From NCBI GenBank assembly GCA_964188305.1, contig OZ076890.1: a DNA stretch of 64,000 nt; one strand, written 5' to 3'. This DNA comes from Podarcis bocagei. Taxonomy: Eukaryota. The translations under genes and the position numbers were made by a program. A model generated the notes under the pieces. That model did no database searches. It saw nothing but the letters and a program-made list of their open reading frames with translations, and was not told the DNA's origin. Positions 13,538 to 26,404 of the stretch are shown here, piece after piece; the first letter of the stretch is position 1, and each line of letters begins with the position of its first letter.

Positions 13538-14233
13538 CTCTGAGTCATAGTAATCTGTCGCTCCTTTGAGTATCCAGGGCCACTATAGCTTCTGGGAAAT
13601 TTATTTACCCACTTGTTAAGAGGCAAACGTATGGAACAAAGCATAAGCGTTAAATGTGTGGTGAATGCAAATAACACCACATTCAAGACAATATATGTAG
13701 CTCCGCTGGAATTCCAAATACGTGGTACCTGTTAGATTTACTTTACTGTGGTAAAAAAAGCATTATTCACCTCAGACATTATCTCGATTCACCTTCAGCA
13801 AACCCTAGAAATAATCATTTGCTGGCTTGACACAGCTCCATTGCAGGTGTGCTTCCTGTTAGTCGCTTGAATAAAAAACAAAAAACAGGAAAGCTGCCAA
13901 GCCTCATTGGCTCCTTTTCTCCACACTTCACACATCATACATTTTTCACCCCATATAAATTATTTCTCTGTGGAGCCTGACAGTAATTGGCTATAGTGGA
14001 GTCAATAGTGCGATCTCGAATGACGGGGAGGTCCAGTCATCTCCTCTTCCATTATAACCCTTTGGCCTTTTTGACTGCAGAAGCATTTTGTAGCACATTT
14101 CTATGCCCTTGTTCTATGCCAGTGCAGCCCACCTAGGCTCTGAGGCTGCCAGCCTCCTTTGCTTCACCCCTGCCGGTACTAATGTTTGCATGGGAATTTG
14201 AGATCCTTGCTGCTGTTACTTAAAGAACTCTAA

Positions 14234-14237
<4 letters not shown>

Positions 14238-14275
<38 letters not shown>

Positions 14276-14276
14276 A

Positions 14277-14307
<31 letters not shown>
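14238..14307. repeat. Compound microsatellite (TG)n-GCG-(CA)n-(GA)n
   Basis: Read directly from the sequence. Confidence 0.95.
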
Positions 14308-14657
14308 GAAACAAAGCATTGTGTAATATATGCCTTACTCCAAAACATAAGTTCCCCCAAAGTTGATTCTAGTACAATGGTCATATTCAACGGTTTACAA
14401 TAAAGAAGTGCATTATGTGCCAGAACTTTCACTTGCATAATGGGGCTTTCCCTCCACTCTTTCCCTGTGAACCCCAACCCCCTCAAATGGACTTAGTGGG
14501 GTTAGGAGAACCCCCATAACAGCACACAGGCTGAGGAGGGGGGTCATTCCATCTGGCAAACTGAATTCCATGTGCAGATAGAACAATTGGAAAAGCATGA
14601 CATTGAATTCCACCCTAAGGAATTAAAATGTGTAAAACATAAACATCTTATAAGTTA

Positions 14658-14883
14658 CAGTGGTACCTTGGGTTACATACGCTTCAGGTTACAGACTCCG
14701 CTAACCCAGAAATAGTGCTTCAAGTTAAGAACTTTGCTTCACGATAAGAACAGAAATCGTGCTCCGGCGGTGCAGCAGCAGCAGGAGTCCCCATTAACTA
14801 AAGAGATGCTTCAGGTTAAGAACAGTTTCAGGTTAAGAACGGACCTCTGGAACGAATTAAGTACTTAACCCGAGGTACCACTG
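14658..14883. mobile_element. Tigger/pogo-like MITE, family A, 226 bp (opposite orientation to the other three copies)
   Basis: TA|CAGTGGTACCTTGGGTTA ... TAACCCGAGGTACCACTG|TA. Confidence 0.9.
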
Positions 14884-14921
14884 TACACATTATTTCTCCC
14901 CCCCCCCAAAAAAAAATATCT

Positions 14922-15080
14922 TCAGTGGTAGAGAGCATGCTTTGTGTGCAGAAGATTCTAGGTTCAATCCCTGGTTTCCTTAGGTTGCACTTGGAAAACC
15001 TCAAGTCTGAAATCATGAAAAGCCACAGTGAATAATGACAATATTGAACAAGAGGCATAGGACAGCTTATTATATCCCTA
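14922..15080 (+). mobile_element. tRNA-derived squamate SINE (Squam3-like), degraded
   Basis: A box TCAGTGGTAGAG and B box GGTTCAATCCC; homologous to 21991-22172. Confidence 0.6.
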
Positions 15081-16960
15081 TGTTCAATATGCTTTACTCT
15101 TATGAGTGTTGCTGAAAACATCAGGGCAAAATTCAAGGGTATTGCTTTGCATTTTTTTTAAAGAATTTGGTCAAAATTCAAAATATGTATTTTGGTTTTC
15201 ATAGTTAAAAACACACACAAATAAACACCTCTTAATATTCCCATATACTTTATATTGAGAAACTTGCTCAAAAGATTAATGGCTATATGTATACTTTTGC
15301 AGTCAATGAGTAATGTCCAACTAAGTTATATTCAGAGTAGACTCAATGATTTAAGTAACTGAAGTCTATTGATTTCAGGGTGTCCACTCTTAATGCAACT
15401 AACCTTGGAAATCCCCCTACGTGGGCATTTTCTCCTTGACATTACATTTTTGAGATAATTAGTGAGTACTGTACTACATTTCTTAGATAGCTGGTGATTT
15501 CATGAGTAACATACCACGAAAGCACTGATAAGATTGATTTTGTCCAGTCACCCTGCAACAAAGCTTAGATAATGCATAATTCTATATGCTGTGAACAAGG
15601 AAGAAATGACCTCCGAAGGAAATGAAGAAGCAGCCGTTAAATAGTAACTAACAGTAGGTCATTGCTTTCCTTTCAAATCCCTTCAAAATGATCAGATTTT
15701 GTGTTGTGGTTGCTGCCATATTTTGGCTTTCTATCTGTATGTAATTAAAATTAATAAATAATTGCTTGGCTGGGTATCTAAGCACAACATTAATAAAATT
15801 CTGATTTTTAACACCCTCCTTTATCCTTTAGATTAGAATCCCTATCATTTTTCGTAGTGGTAGCCAAATTAATTCCTGACAAACCATCAGTGAATAGAGT
15901 ACCTCAGCTGCCTATAAAGGATTAATTTGCAACCCACAGAGTCCAAAAGTCATGCACTGATGTTGAAAATAATTTGAAGCACAGTGTCAAGAGAAAAGAA
16001 ATTGACAGTAGCAATGCTTTGAGGATTTGAGAACAAGAAAGGTTGATAAAACTAGGAGTCTAAGTAAAAAAATTGCTTATTACATACAACCTCACTTGTG
16101 AATCCTCACAAGATAATATTCCTTTACCAATTTCCAAACCCTCAAGAGACCCTTCAGAGTCTTTTAACTAAATCAACCGTCTAAAGCCAAGTTTTTACTC
16201 TTCTTTAAGCTTGAATCAGGTAGGATGCAATGGGCCACAGATGTAATTGGTGTAATGCTATTCAGGATGTGTTATAGAGACATTTCCCATTCAGTTTTAT
16301 GTACTTGCATCTGTGTAAAATCTACTGGTCCTGTCATCCAATACAGAAGAGGGCCCTCCACTTCAAACTGTCTTGCTGTTCCTCCGCTATAGACAAAGTA
16401 AAGGCAGGTAAGTATACCTGCTGTCTGTTCCAGTGAATGTTGTCCCCGCCCCCCGATTTACAGGGGTGATGAGTTTGCCACACCATCATCTACTGAGGAG
16501 TGTTTGTGAGTTCCCATTCATTCTACAAATCCCCTTTCTAGTGGCCTGCACTCTGCAGACTTCCTCAGAGCCCATATTTCCTGACTGGGCGTGGGGTGGG
16601 GAGAGGGGGAACCTGAAATATTTGGGTGGGCTTTCCTCACAAGAAGGCGAGGAGACTGCCTGCTATGCATCTGGCACCTGTTTATTGTTTAAGTGAAGTC
16701 TTTATTTTGAAATATACATGTATGTGCGGAAAGAATGTATTTTTACGTGAAGGGGAAGACCTTCCCTTATAAAACCAGCAAGTCTGTTCTCTCATGCTCT
16801 TGGTAGACATCTCATCCAGCTTGCTCTGCTTCCCCTGCTTCAATTAAAGCTCAGGGAATTTTTTTTTTGTGAGGGCCTCCCCTATGGAACTTTCTCAGAT
16901 CAGGAAGCATGGGCAGCCAGAGGCCAGTGCAGAGTGCTGGAGAAATATTTAATGAAAACA

Positions 16961-16992
<32 letters not shown>

Positions 16993-19140
16993 CGCGTATG
17001 GCCATCTTGCAATGATAAAGTAAGCTCAACACACCACCAAAGAAATGTGAAAGCTGCCTGAGAATGAAAATAGGAAGGATAAAAGCCTCTTTTGCAGGGA
17101 AAGAAATCTTTGGAAAATTAAAGAGTTTTCAGCACAGCAGAACTGTTACATTGTTAAAACAAAGTAGGTTTCATTGTTGTCCATGCTCGGGTAGAAAGCT
17201 GCGGGAAGACCCATGCAAAAATAAAAATGATATAAGTGTAATAAGTGGACACAATAAATATTATATCTTCTGTGTAATTAATAGCTCTATAGTGTATTAT
17301 AGACATGTACAGGTCAATGCGTACTTTAAGGCTCCAGACTGATAATACCTCCTGGTAAGCCCCAGTGAACTGCAATGGACTTACTTCATAATAGTCATGC
17401 ACAGGACTGCACTGTAAATTACTCAATAAAGCACTGTTTCAGGCTATGCCTGTAGGGCCCACAGGATTCAATGGGACTGATTTCTGAGTGAACTTGTATT
17501 CTCACTTGGATGATGGAGTAAATCTTTTTATTTTAAAAGTGTATTTGGGGGGGGGGGAGAAGCTGCACAGACATAAGCTGGTTCTGATGTACTAAGGAGG
17601 CTAAGAAGGCCCTAGTCTTCACTGCTGCAAATTATTATGGTGAGTTTTGAGCCATGCAGGTGGTGGGGAGCTCTGGTAGATTCTTCTTCAAAAGAAGTGA
17701 GTGAAATGTACTCTAATGGCCTGTTGTATTATTACATTTATTTTCATTTTTAACCTACACTAATCCAACTCATTTGATCTGAAAAACCACTGGGAGATGT
17801 TACCACTGGAGATGATATAATGACTGAGATACTGAACTCCTGAACGAGGTGGTTCATCTCAATTTTCATAAATTATTAGATTGATATACTGCCCTTCATC
17901 AAAACTTCTCAAGGTAGTTCACAAGATTAAAAAAAGAGATATATCCCACTCAGATGATTAGAATGTTTTCCTACACTTTAAACTTCCCAAATTATAGTTA
18001 GCCTCTTCCAAAAGAGTTACTCCGTATTGCATTTATCCTCCAGTTGGACTTTGTGTCCAAATACTTCCAATAGTTAAAGGGCTTGATGTTTAATAGAAAT
18101 GCTGTGGTAAGCCTGCAGTTTAATTCAATGACAGATACATCTGGAATGCTTCTCATTGCTGAATTTAGATGGTTTAATTTCCATGGGTGGGTGGGTGTCG
18201 AAACATTTGTGCATGCCTCTCAGACACACACACACAAACACACACACACACGAGTATATGTATATATACTGTATATATGTGTGTGTATGTACCGGTATAT
18301 GCAGCATGGAGACAAATTTTGCACATCCCTAATATTTAGTATCACATCTTTTAACAGTTAGGTTTGGCTTTTTCTGTTTTTTAGTCTTTTCGCCAGACAC
18401 CTTTCGAGCCTCTTATCCAGACAATTTTGGCATTTAAAGTTATGTCATCACCAACATAAAACCTGTCCATCATATTTGTTAAATCCAGCTAGAGAAATGA
18501 CCAGTGACAAAAAGCTGAATGTTCCATTAGGAATCATCATAGCTTGTTTCCCACACTCCACACACTGTTCTCACTTGCAGGTGAGTGAATGGTCCTTATC
18601 CCACTATTCGCTTCTTACATGCAACAGCCTCAGAGCTTCTATTAGCTGTGTAGTCTGCTCTTTCTAAAAACCCTTTTGACTTTTACGCAAGAGCCTCTCA
18701 CAACATTCCCAATATACTCTGAACTAGCTTCTTCAGTTAAAAAAGGAAAACAGGGCCACTACAGTTCCTGTATTTCTTTGAAACCACGTTTTCAATACAT
18801 AATGGTGAGGAAATATACTATACTGCATCTATATGATGGCATTCAGAGAGAATGGAAACTCTGTTGAAATAAATATGATAAGCATGCTATTTGTGTTGGT
18901 GTTTTTAGAAATCTAGTTACACTTTTTGTAGTTAGAAACCTGTCTGAAATAAAGGAGAAACACTTTCCTTCCTTCTCCTTGAATTATTGAAGAAAGTTGT
19001 GTGTGATTTCCCATTAGTGGTTGCACATTAAATCACCTATATTTCTGAAGAAGGAACATTTTTAGTGGTTTAGGCATGATGATAGCGCTGGAATTTGGAG
19101 GGGTAAACTGACATGTCATTCTTTGAAGGACTGATGTGGT

Positions 19141-19320
19141 GTGGTGTGGGGGGACCTCATTTGCTGAACTCCACCAGCCCCAGCCAGCATGGCCAATTTC
19201 AGGCATGATGGGATTTGCAGTCAAATGACATCTGTAGTCCAATAGGCTCCCCAATCCTGGACTAGATGCTACTGGGCCACATGGACCAATAGTCTAACTT
19301 GGCACAAGGCAGCTTCATAC
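19141..19320. mobile_element. Degraded URR1-like hAT MITE followed by a SINE 3' fragment
   Basis: CCAGCCAGCATGGCCAA...GATGGGATTTGCAGTC resembles 4641-4776; TGGACCAATAGTCT...AAGGCAGCTTC matches the SINE 3' end at 22140-22172. Confidence 0.45.
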
Positions 19321-19794
19321 ATGCAACCAAGGAACTATAGCTCAAAAGGTTCTGTTTTGATAAGTAGCCCATGTCCCGATACTTAAAGAAAACTACCTTT
19401 TAATTACATTGACTTCATTTGAACTCTCCAAGGATCACAATGATTACACAGCTTTAGGAAGAGAAGCAAAAGATTGTCACATTAAATCTGTGAAGACCTG
19501 GTTATTATGATGGCAAATTATGAAGACAAAATTCTGTTAGTTCAAGTCTAATGAGACATTACTGCACATGCTATGATGAATGCTAAATTATTGCTGTGCA
19601 GGTCTATGGCACATCAAACTGATGGCAAAATGAGGTTAATGCAAGCCTGCAGAGTTGACATTATAAATGTCAAGATGATCACAAAATGGTGACGGTGCAA
19701 ATGTAGCATGATTTAAATACAGTGGAATAATTACAAAAAAAATATGCTAAGGGGGGGGAAATGAATCTATGACATGACAAAACTGAAATAAACA

Positions 19795-20185
19795 TTGTTT
19801 TTAGCATCTATCAGTCTCGCAAGACAATGGAGTACACCTCTGGAGGTTAAGCTAAACCCTGAAAAATCACAGCACCTGCTGTGGCGGAAAAGACCAGTAA
19901 TTCACATCTGCTGTCTCCCACATTGTTTTTGCTGTGTTAGCAGCACTGAAGTGACCTCTCTGGGAAACAAGCCTGGGCAGTGTGTATGGAAGTCTTGGGC
20001 TCCCCAGATGACAAGCCCTGCCCCCTTGACCTTGCTGATGTGGTCCAAAGGAAAGCAGAGCAATACGTATGGTACCAGCTTGGCTGCAAGAGTTGCTGGA
20101 AGGAGGATTACAAGACACCATACAACCATCTCAGGGACTCCAGATTATTGTAGGGGTTACACCTTAAGCCTTTCCTTCTCCCGAA
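19795..20185 (-). mobile_element. RTE-derived non-autonomous retroposon (longest copy)
   Basis: Minus strand starts near GGGAGAAGGAAAGG, contains GCAACTCTTGCAGCCAAGCTGGTACC and ends CTCCATTGTCTTGCGAGACTGATAGATGC; no RT ORF. Confidence 0.65.
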
Positions 20186-20325
20186 GCAACATTAACCAAA
20201 GCTAATCCAATTTGGGGTGTTAATGAACCTGGCAGCTATATATTACCACATTATAGCAAAAATTAAAATTGAATTCTGTAGGAAGAATACCTACAAGCAC
20301 CTCACCTTGGATAATATCAATACTG

Positions 20326-20682
20326 TAAAGGTAAAGGTAAAGGGACCCCTGACCATTAGGTCCAGTCGTGACTGACTCTGGGGTTGCGGCGCTCATCTCG
20401 TTTATTGGCCAAGGGAGCCGGCGTACAGCTTCCGGGTCATGTGGCCAGCATGACTAAGCCGCTTCTGGCAAACCAGAGCAGCACACGGTAACGCCGTTTA
20501 CCTTCCCGCTGGAGCAGTACCTATTTATCTACTTGCACTTTGACTTGCTTTCGAACTGCTAGGCTGGCAGGAGCAGGGACCGAGCAACGGGAGCTCACCC
20601 CGTCGCAGGGATTCGAACCACCGACCTTCTGATTGGCAAGTCCTAGGCTCTGTGGTTTAACCCACAGCGCCACCTGCGTCCC
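20326..20682 (-). mobile_element. Full-length Sauria-type SINE (tRNA-related head, Bov-B-type tail)
   Basis: 5' GGGACGCAGGTGGCGCTGTGGG (A box), B box GGTTCGAATCC, 3' (ACCTTT)n tail; exact 13-bp TSD AATATCAATACTG at 20313-20325 and 20683-20695. Confidence 0.95.
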
Positions 20683-20774
20683 AATATCAATACTGAGTAA
20701 TCTCCAATTGCTAGTGCATATTTTTCTAGTGTAGTGGAACAGCTGAAATCAGAGATGTTACTGAGAAAGTTCTC

Positions 20775-20910
20775 AGCATGAATATCACCTATGCCATTAT
20801 GTTGCCTTCTCCTATCATTAACCCTTGATCTGCAACATGAAGATAATTGTTACCTTGCAGAGCTGTTGTAAAGATTTGCTGAAATAATATGTGTGAAGCA
20901 CTTTGAATCC
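20775..20910 (+). mobile_element. Ancient MIR/CORE-SINE-like fragment
   Basis: ATCTGCAACATGAAGATAAT...TACCTTGCAGAGCTGTTGTAAAGATT...GTGAAGCACTTTGAA resembles a MIR core/3' end; similar to 61645-61850. Confidence 0.5.
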
Positions 20911-21990
20911 GCAGTGTGAATTTGGCGGGACTGTTGTGTTCTGGTGACTGAAATTGCCACTTTCAAGAATTTCTCACAATAGCTACAGCAGGCTAGCCAG
21001 CATATGAAAACATCTTGAAGCTTGTATAATCTTTGTTAGCAGTGATTTTTCAATATTAGCTATGTATACAAGTGCATGAAAAAACAGAGTTAGGTAGTGG
21101 AGATATAGAAGTTGCTTGTAGTTTTAACCAAGCCAAAATGTGCTTTCCAAGGCTTATTGCTAACTGATTAATATAAAATGGTTGTAGACTACAGCTTTGC
21201 TCCTAAAAAAAAGAAAGAAAAACCTTTGAAAACGGCAGTGTTCATCTCTAAAAGAGGTTAACAACCTGAGTCACTCTTGTGCTAGAATCTGCTTCCTACC
21301 ACAGCATAATTTCCCCAGTGAATGGCGTTTTGTACAATCTGCATTGAGAAAGTATGATGAGCTTTAATTCCGTTGATATCAGTTCTGGGCACAATACTGA
21401 GTTTAAGGGCCACTGATCTCCACACATTTAAGTATAATTAATTTTGGATTACACCCCCTTTAAAGCTGTATTACTCAAATTTCTAGCAGCCACAGCACAC
21501 CTTTACTCATTTAAAACTCAACGCCTTCTAGTATCTACAATGAGTAAGAACTCGTTGGCCTCCGAGAAACCCACATAGTGGAATCCTGCACTGTTGCTTG
21601 AGGAGTGATTGGATTGGGCAATCATTGGCCTGCAGTTGAAGCTGATTGGAAGGCCAGAACAATGACACATAGGGATACAGCAATCAAGGCTCCTCAATAG
21701 ATAAGCTACTCAAAGAAAAGATTAATGATGGCATGAATTTATTTCTCATGGAACAGCATCATCCCCCCCCCCCCCAATGACATGCTAGTGTAGTCAGCAG
21801 AGTCTGGAAATTACTCCCTTCACAGAGTGGAAGCTACATCTGTTGAACAGGATCCAATCATCTCTGACAGGCAGTTAGTGGAGAAATCCCCCTCCCCAGC
21901 ACCACAAAACTGAATCAAAACTGAGCCCTTTTATTAAGATTTGATGAGACCAAGTAGTTCTGACTTGCTGAAAATATTAGATATATACAA

Positions 21991-22172
21991 GGAAGAGCTA
22001 TAGCTCAGTGACAGAGCACATGTTTTGAAAGCAAAAGGGCATTGGTTCAATCCCTGGTGTCTCCAGGCAGGGATGGGAAAGACTGTTGTCTGGAACCATG
22101 GAGACCTGCTTTGAGTCAGTATACAGGGCTAGATCATGGCCCAATAGTCTGATCTGGTGTTAAGGCAGCTTC
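21991..22172 (+). mobile_element. tRNA-derived squamate SINE (Squam3-like)
   Basis: GCTATAGCTCAGTGACAGAGCA (A box), GGTTCAATCCCTGG (B box), 3' end AAGGCAGCTTC. Confidence 0.7.
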
Positions 22173-22997
22173 TCACTTAATCCGATTCACAGATCTACCA
22201 TTTCATGTCTAATTTCATGCTTAGTATCTTAGCCACTATGCTATACAAACTCTTTAGTATGCATAATTCCTTTTTAAATCCTGTAATTTTGTACACTTTT
22301 ACATAAAACAACAACAGGTGTAAAATTGCACAGTCTATCTGCTTTGGCTGCTGCACCTGTGATATTCAACTTCCTGACAATTACACTGCTAAACATAAAA
22401 CACTTATGACTGAAATTATCTTTCAAACAGAGTAGGTAGCATGTGACCTTTACACTGCTAACAAATGATTTCTATCCATCTAGAACAGAAAACAAGAACA
22501 AAAAACATTATTTTCAGTGTGAATTTATTGTTGTGTGTTGGATAAGTTATCTATGCTATTGAAAACATTATTATTATTTTAAATAAATAAGTGAGTCATC
22601 TGCTTGTAAGGTAGTAAAACTATGGGAAACAAGGAGTCTGATCACAAAATAAAGACTGGCTATATTCCCCCGCCCCCATTAGGCAGCCATTTATCTTGCT
22701 AAGAACAAAAATGGTATTATGCAGCAGATCTCAGTGTAAGCAATATTGTATAAAACGTTAACAATGGGTAGAATCCAATAATAATACTGTTTATCTACAT
22801 GTGCAAAAGAGTGGTCCCATATCTAAACAGGTACTGTCCAAACACTGGATGTTTTCACATCAGTTCAAAATCGGGTCATTATTTTCAGATCAACTAAGGT
22901 GTTTTCAGATCAGTTTGAAGGTAACACAAGTAAATCCACATGGATGTCTAGAAGTCCATTTAAATACATGATGTTGAATGGATGTACAGGACACGGA

Positions 22998-23152
22998 CAT
23001 GGGCACAGCCAGGATTTTTGTTGGGGGCAGGTCTTTTTTTTGGGGGGGGCAGGACTTTTGTAAGGGGGCAGAACCAATAGTTATTTCTATTGTTTTACTT
23101 GATCTAGGGGAGCAGCTCCCCCCCTCTGCCCCACTCCCCCTTGGCTACATGG
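22998..23152. mobile_element. Small hAT-like MITE remnant
   Basis: Ends CATGGGCACAGCCAGG / CCTTGGCTAC; interior matches 4828-4897 in reverse orientation (GATCAGGTAAAACAATA). Confidence 0.5.
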
Positions 23153-24839
23153 GCAATTCTTAAGTAATGACAAACCATGGATTCATCAATCATGTGCTGA
23201 AATAATGTTCAAGCCTTAAGCTTGTTCACCTTATTTTTCACACTTCACATTGCCCAATTCCAATCCTCACTTACTTGTTCATGTAAACTCCAATTCCCTT
23301 TACATCTGAATCACTAACAGTTGTTTGTACTTGCTCTCCAAAACAGACTGTAAACCACACTTGCCTGAATAAGCAAGTGTAACTAGGAAGTGTGCAAACT
23401 CAAAGCTTAAGTAGAAGCAGTTACGCTACGATTTGCCTTTATATGCCAACTGGCTCTCTGATAATGTTACCTGTTATTAGCAGCAACGCTTTATGTTTTG
23501 GAACTCAGCCTAGAAAATCTATTGCATAATTGATTTGTCAAGCATCAACAATAATGAAAACCTTCCTCACTGTCCAAACTGACCCTACATTCAAGTCCCA
23601 GTAGAGGGTGAGCACCCATATACAATATACTTAGGAATTCTCCTTGTGGAAAGGATCAACCACACAAGGACAATTCTACAAATACTTGCAGCCATTTCAA
23701 AAGATACCTCATTGGGTTGGTCCACACCCACCCACTTAGAAAGCACAGGTCCAAGTGGATTTCTGCTTGATTCATGCTTTTGGGGCATGGGTCTGAGCAG
23801 CTTTCCCCTTGCCCCCTCTTTTCTCAAGGAAAACCCACACTTTGGCTCTAAATCAGAGCAAACATCAATCTGGATAAAACTCTAATTCTCATTCACAGCA
23901 ACTGAGCGCTAGAGTGGTTTTTCCTGGGGAAAGCAGCAGAACAAAAAGAAGAAGTGTGGATAAGCCCATAATCATGGCAAATTTTACTGGAAAGTTAACT
24001 AACATGCATTACAGGTAAAAAGTATCAAATCTGAAGAAATATATAACCAAGCATAGTTCTTCTTCTTCTGTTTGATTGCCAATGGAGGCCACAATGGAAA
24101 AGCACATTGGTGACATGATCTGGCATTTTTGTCTTTACATGCTACTTTTACTAGCTGTTAGTGGTTTCCTAAATGGAAGGAGTATCATTCACTTTTTAGA
24201 CATCTCAGTTGTAAAATCAATGATTTAAATGCACCCGCTTTTTAGTGCACAAAGTTTTAAATGTTAGACTTTAGTTTTAATAATGTTTCTGTCAGCAAAT
24301 GGACATGCTCTAACCAACTGAGCTATCCAAGCTTTTGCATGAATGTTTAGGTCTAATGTGCAATTAAATTCATATAGCGCAAGAAAAACAAGAGGTTAAT
24401 TGTATTCCCAGAACTCATCAGCAGAAGAATTGAATCAATTTGAATTTAAATCGCTCTCTGTGTAGGTTTTCTTATTCTTTTTGTATATATATTCTTTGTA
24501 AAATTGGCTCCAGATAGCAGGCCCACTGAGCTGCTAAGGTGGCACAGTATACACATAATAATGTTAGGGTGGCCATATGCTCTACTTTATAGACGGCAGT
24601 CCTCTATCTGAAGGAGCCCTCTATGTGAAGGGCTGCCCTGTCCAAATCTGTTTTAAAGATCAAGATGCAGAAGAAGGGAGCGCAAGACCCCTCTTTTTGT
24701 TGCAAAATTCCATAACAAATCCTTTTATGCTCTTTCAGAATATATAGTCCTAAATTCATTGCTTTTACTGGGAATTAACAATGATCTACATTTAAGCATT
24801 GGATACTTCATTTCTTCTCCACCACAAAGAAAAACAAGT

Positions 24840-25006
24840 ATGTGATAAGCACATGTTTTGTGTGCTGAATGTTCTGGGTACAGTCCACAGCATCTCCAGT
24901 TAAAAGGACCCGATAGTAGGTGATGTGCAAGGCTTGAGACCCTGAAAAACCACTGCCAGTGTAGATAATACTGTGCTAAATGGACAAATAGCATGATTTG
25001 AGGCAT
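24840..25006 (+). mobile_element. tRNA-derived squamate SINE (Squam3-like), degraded
   Basis: GCATCTCCAGTTAAAAGG...GAGACCCTGAAAAACCACTGCCAGTGTAGATAATACTG...ATGGACAAAT, similar to the 21991 and 33865 copies. Confidence 0.55.
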
Positions 25007-25606
25007 ATATTATTCCATTATACAGCAAGTAACCAAGAGGGACTCAGTGCGCTGCTCTGCCAAATCAAAATACATTGCTTAATCTCTTTCTGGCACTGTC
25101 TAGTTTGCAGACCTACCTTTTAAAAAGGCCTTCTACTTCACAAATGACATAGACGCTATCAAAGGTAGTGCATCCCATTTTGCCACTTAAGTGAAACATA
25201 AAGTGCTGCTTTGCCTTGCTGCCTCTGCTGCTGCCACCACCACTACCTACCTACCTACCTGCTGCTGCTGCTGCTGCTTGCTCTGCTACTGCCCTTCTGC
25301 ATCCACCACTGGTGGAGAAGAAGCAATGCAATGGGCACCAATTTTGGGTGAGATTTTGCACAAAACCCCACGAGATCTCATGCACTCTGGTGCTATTTCA
25401 GCTGAGATCTCACCCAAATTGATGTGATCGTTTCAAAAACCAGTGGTGTATCTCTGCCGCTGGTGGAGGCAGCAGAGCAGGTGCAGCATCATAAGTGTAC
25501 TGCCTGAGGGGATTTTGCCGCCTGAAGCAGTGGCCTTACCCTGCCTAATGGCTGAGCCGGCTCTGGCTGCTTTGATATTGTCTGATGAAAGTGGCTTCTT
25601 GGAATA

Positions 25607-25847
25607 CAGTTGTACCTTGGTTTACAAACTTAATCCGTCCCAGAAGTCCGTTCTTAAACCAAAACCGTTCTTAAACCGAGATGCGCTTTCCCTAATGAGG
25701 CCTCCCACCGCCGGTGCCCTTCCACCGTTCAGATTCTGTTCTTAGATCGAGGTAAAGTTCTCAAACCAAGTCACTATTTCCAGTTTTGCGGAATTTGTAA
25801 ACCAAATAGTTCTTAAACTGGACTGTTCTTAAATCGAGGTACCACTG
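25607..25847. mobile_element. Tigger/pogo-like MITE, family A variant, 241 bp
   Basis: TA|CAGTTGTACCTTGGTTTA ... TAAATCGAGGTACCACTG|TA. Confidence 0.88.
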
Positions 25848-25856
25848 TATTATGAA

Positions 25857-26049
25857 CACTGGTGGAGGAAAGGGGGACGGGGGAGCACACCGCCGCCGGC
25901 ACCATTGGGGAGGGGGGTACAATCGTGGCTGCCCCAACACGTGCTGCGCACTGTGCCCGCAGGCAGTGCGCCACGCCCCTGGGATGCGCGCCAGCCCCGC
26001 CCCCGCCTACTCTCCGCTCCCGGGTGCCAGAGCATGCAGCTCTGCACTG
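25857..26049. mobile_element. GC-rich hAT MITE, 193 bp
   Basis: Exact 8-bp TSD ATTATGAA at 25849-25856 and 26050-26057; degenerate TIR CACTGGTGGAG / CTCTGCACTG; CpG-rich interior. Confidence 0.75.
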
Positions 26050-26150
26050 ATTATGAAGTAGCTGTGGTAGATGATCAATATATGGTTATACATTACTTCT
26101 GTTGCAGCAGTTATAATGATTTCATAGTCCCTCCCTCCCAAATGGTTAAT

Positions 26151-26404
26151 TGTTGTTGGCATCCGTCTGCCTTGAGAGAGAATGGAGTGTATCTCTGGGG
26201 TAAAGTCAAACAGTTGTGTTAGCAGCACTGAAGTGACCTCCCTAGGGTAGTGTTTATGCAGGTCCTGGGCTGTCCAGATGATAAGACCCTGCTCTTGGCC
26301 TCACTGATGTGGTCCAAAGGAAAGCAGAGCTATATGTTTGGCACCAGCTTAGCTGCAGGAGTTGCCAGAAGGAGGTGCACAATAGTAGGGAATTTGCTCC
26401 AGAT
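26151..26404 (-). mobile_element. RTE-derived non-autonomous retroposon
   Basis: (CAA)n tail on the minus strand after AGACGGATGC; collinear with the 7141 and 19795 copies. Confidence 0.65.
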
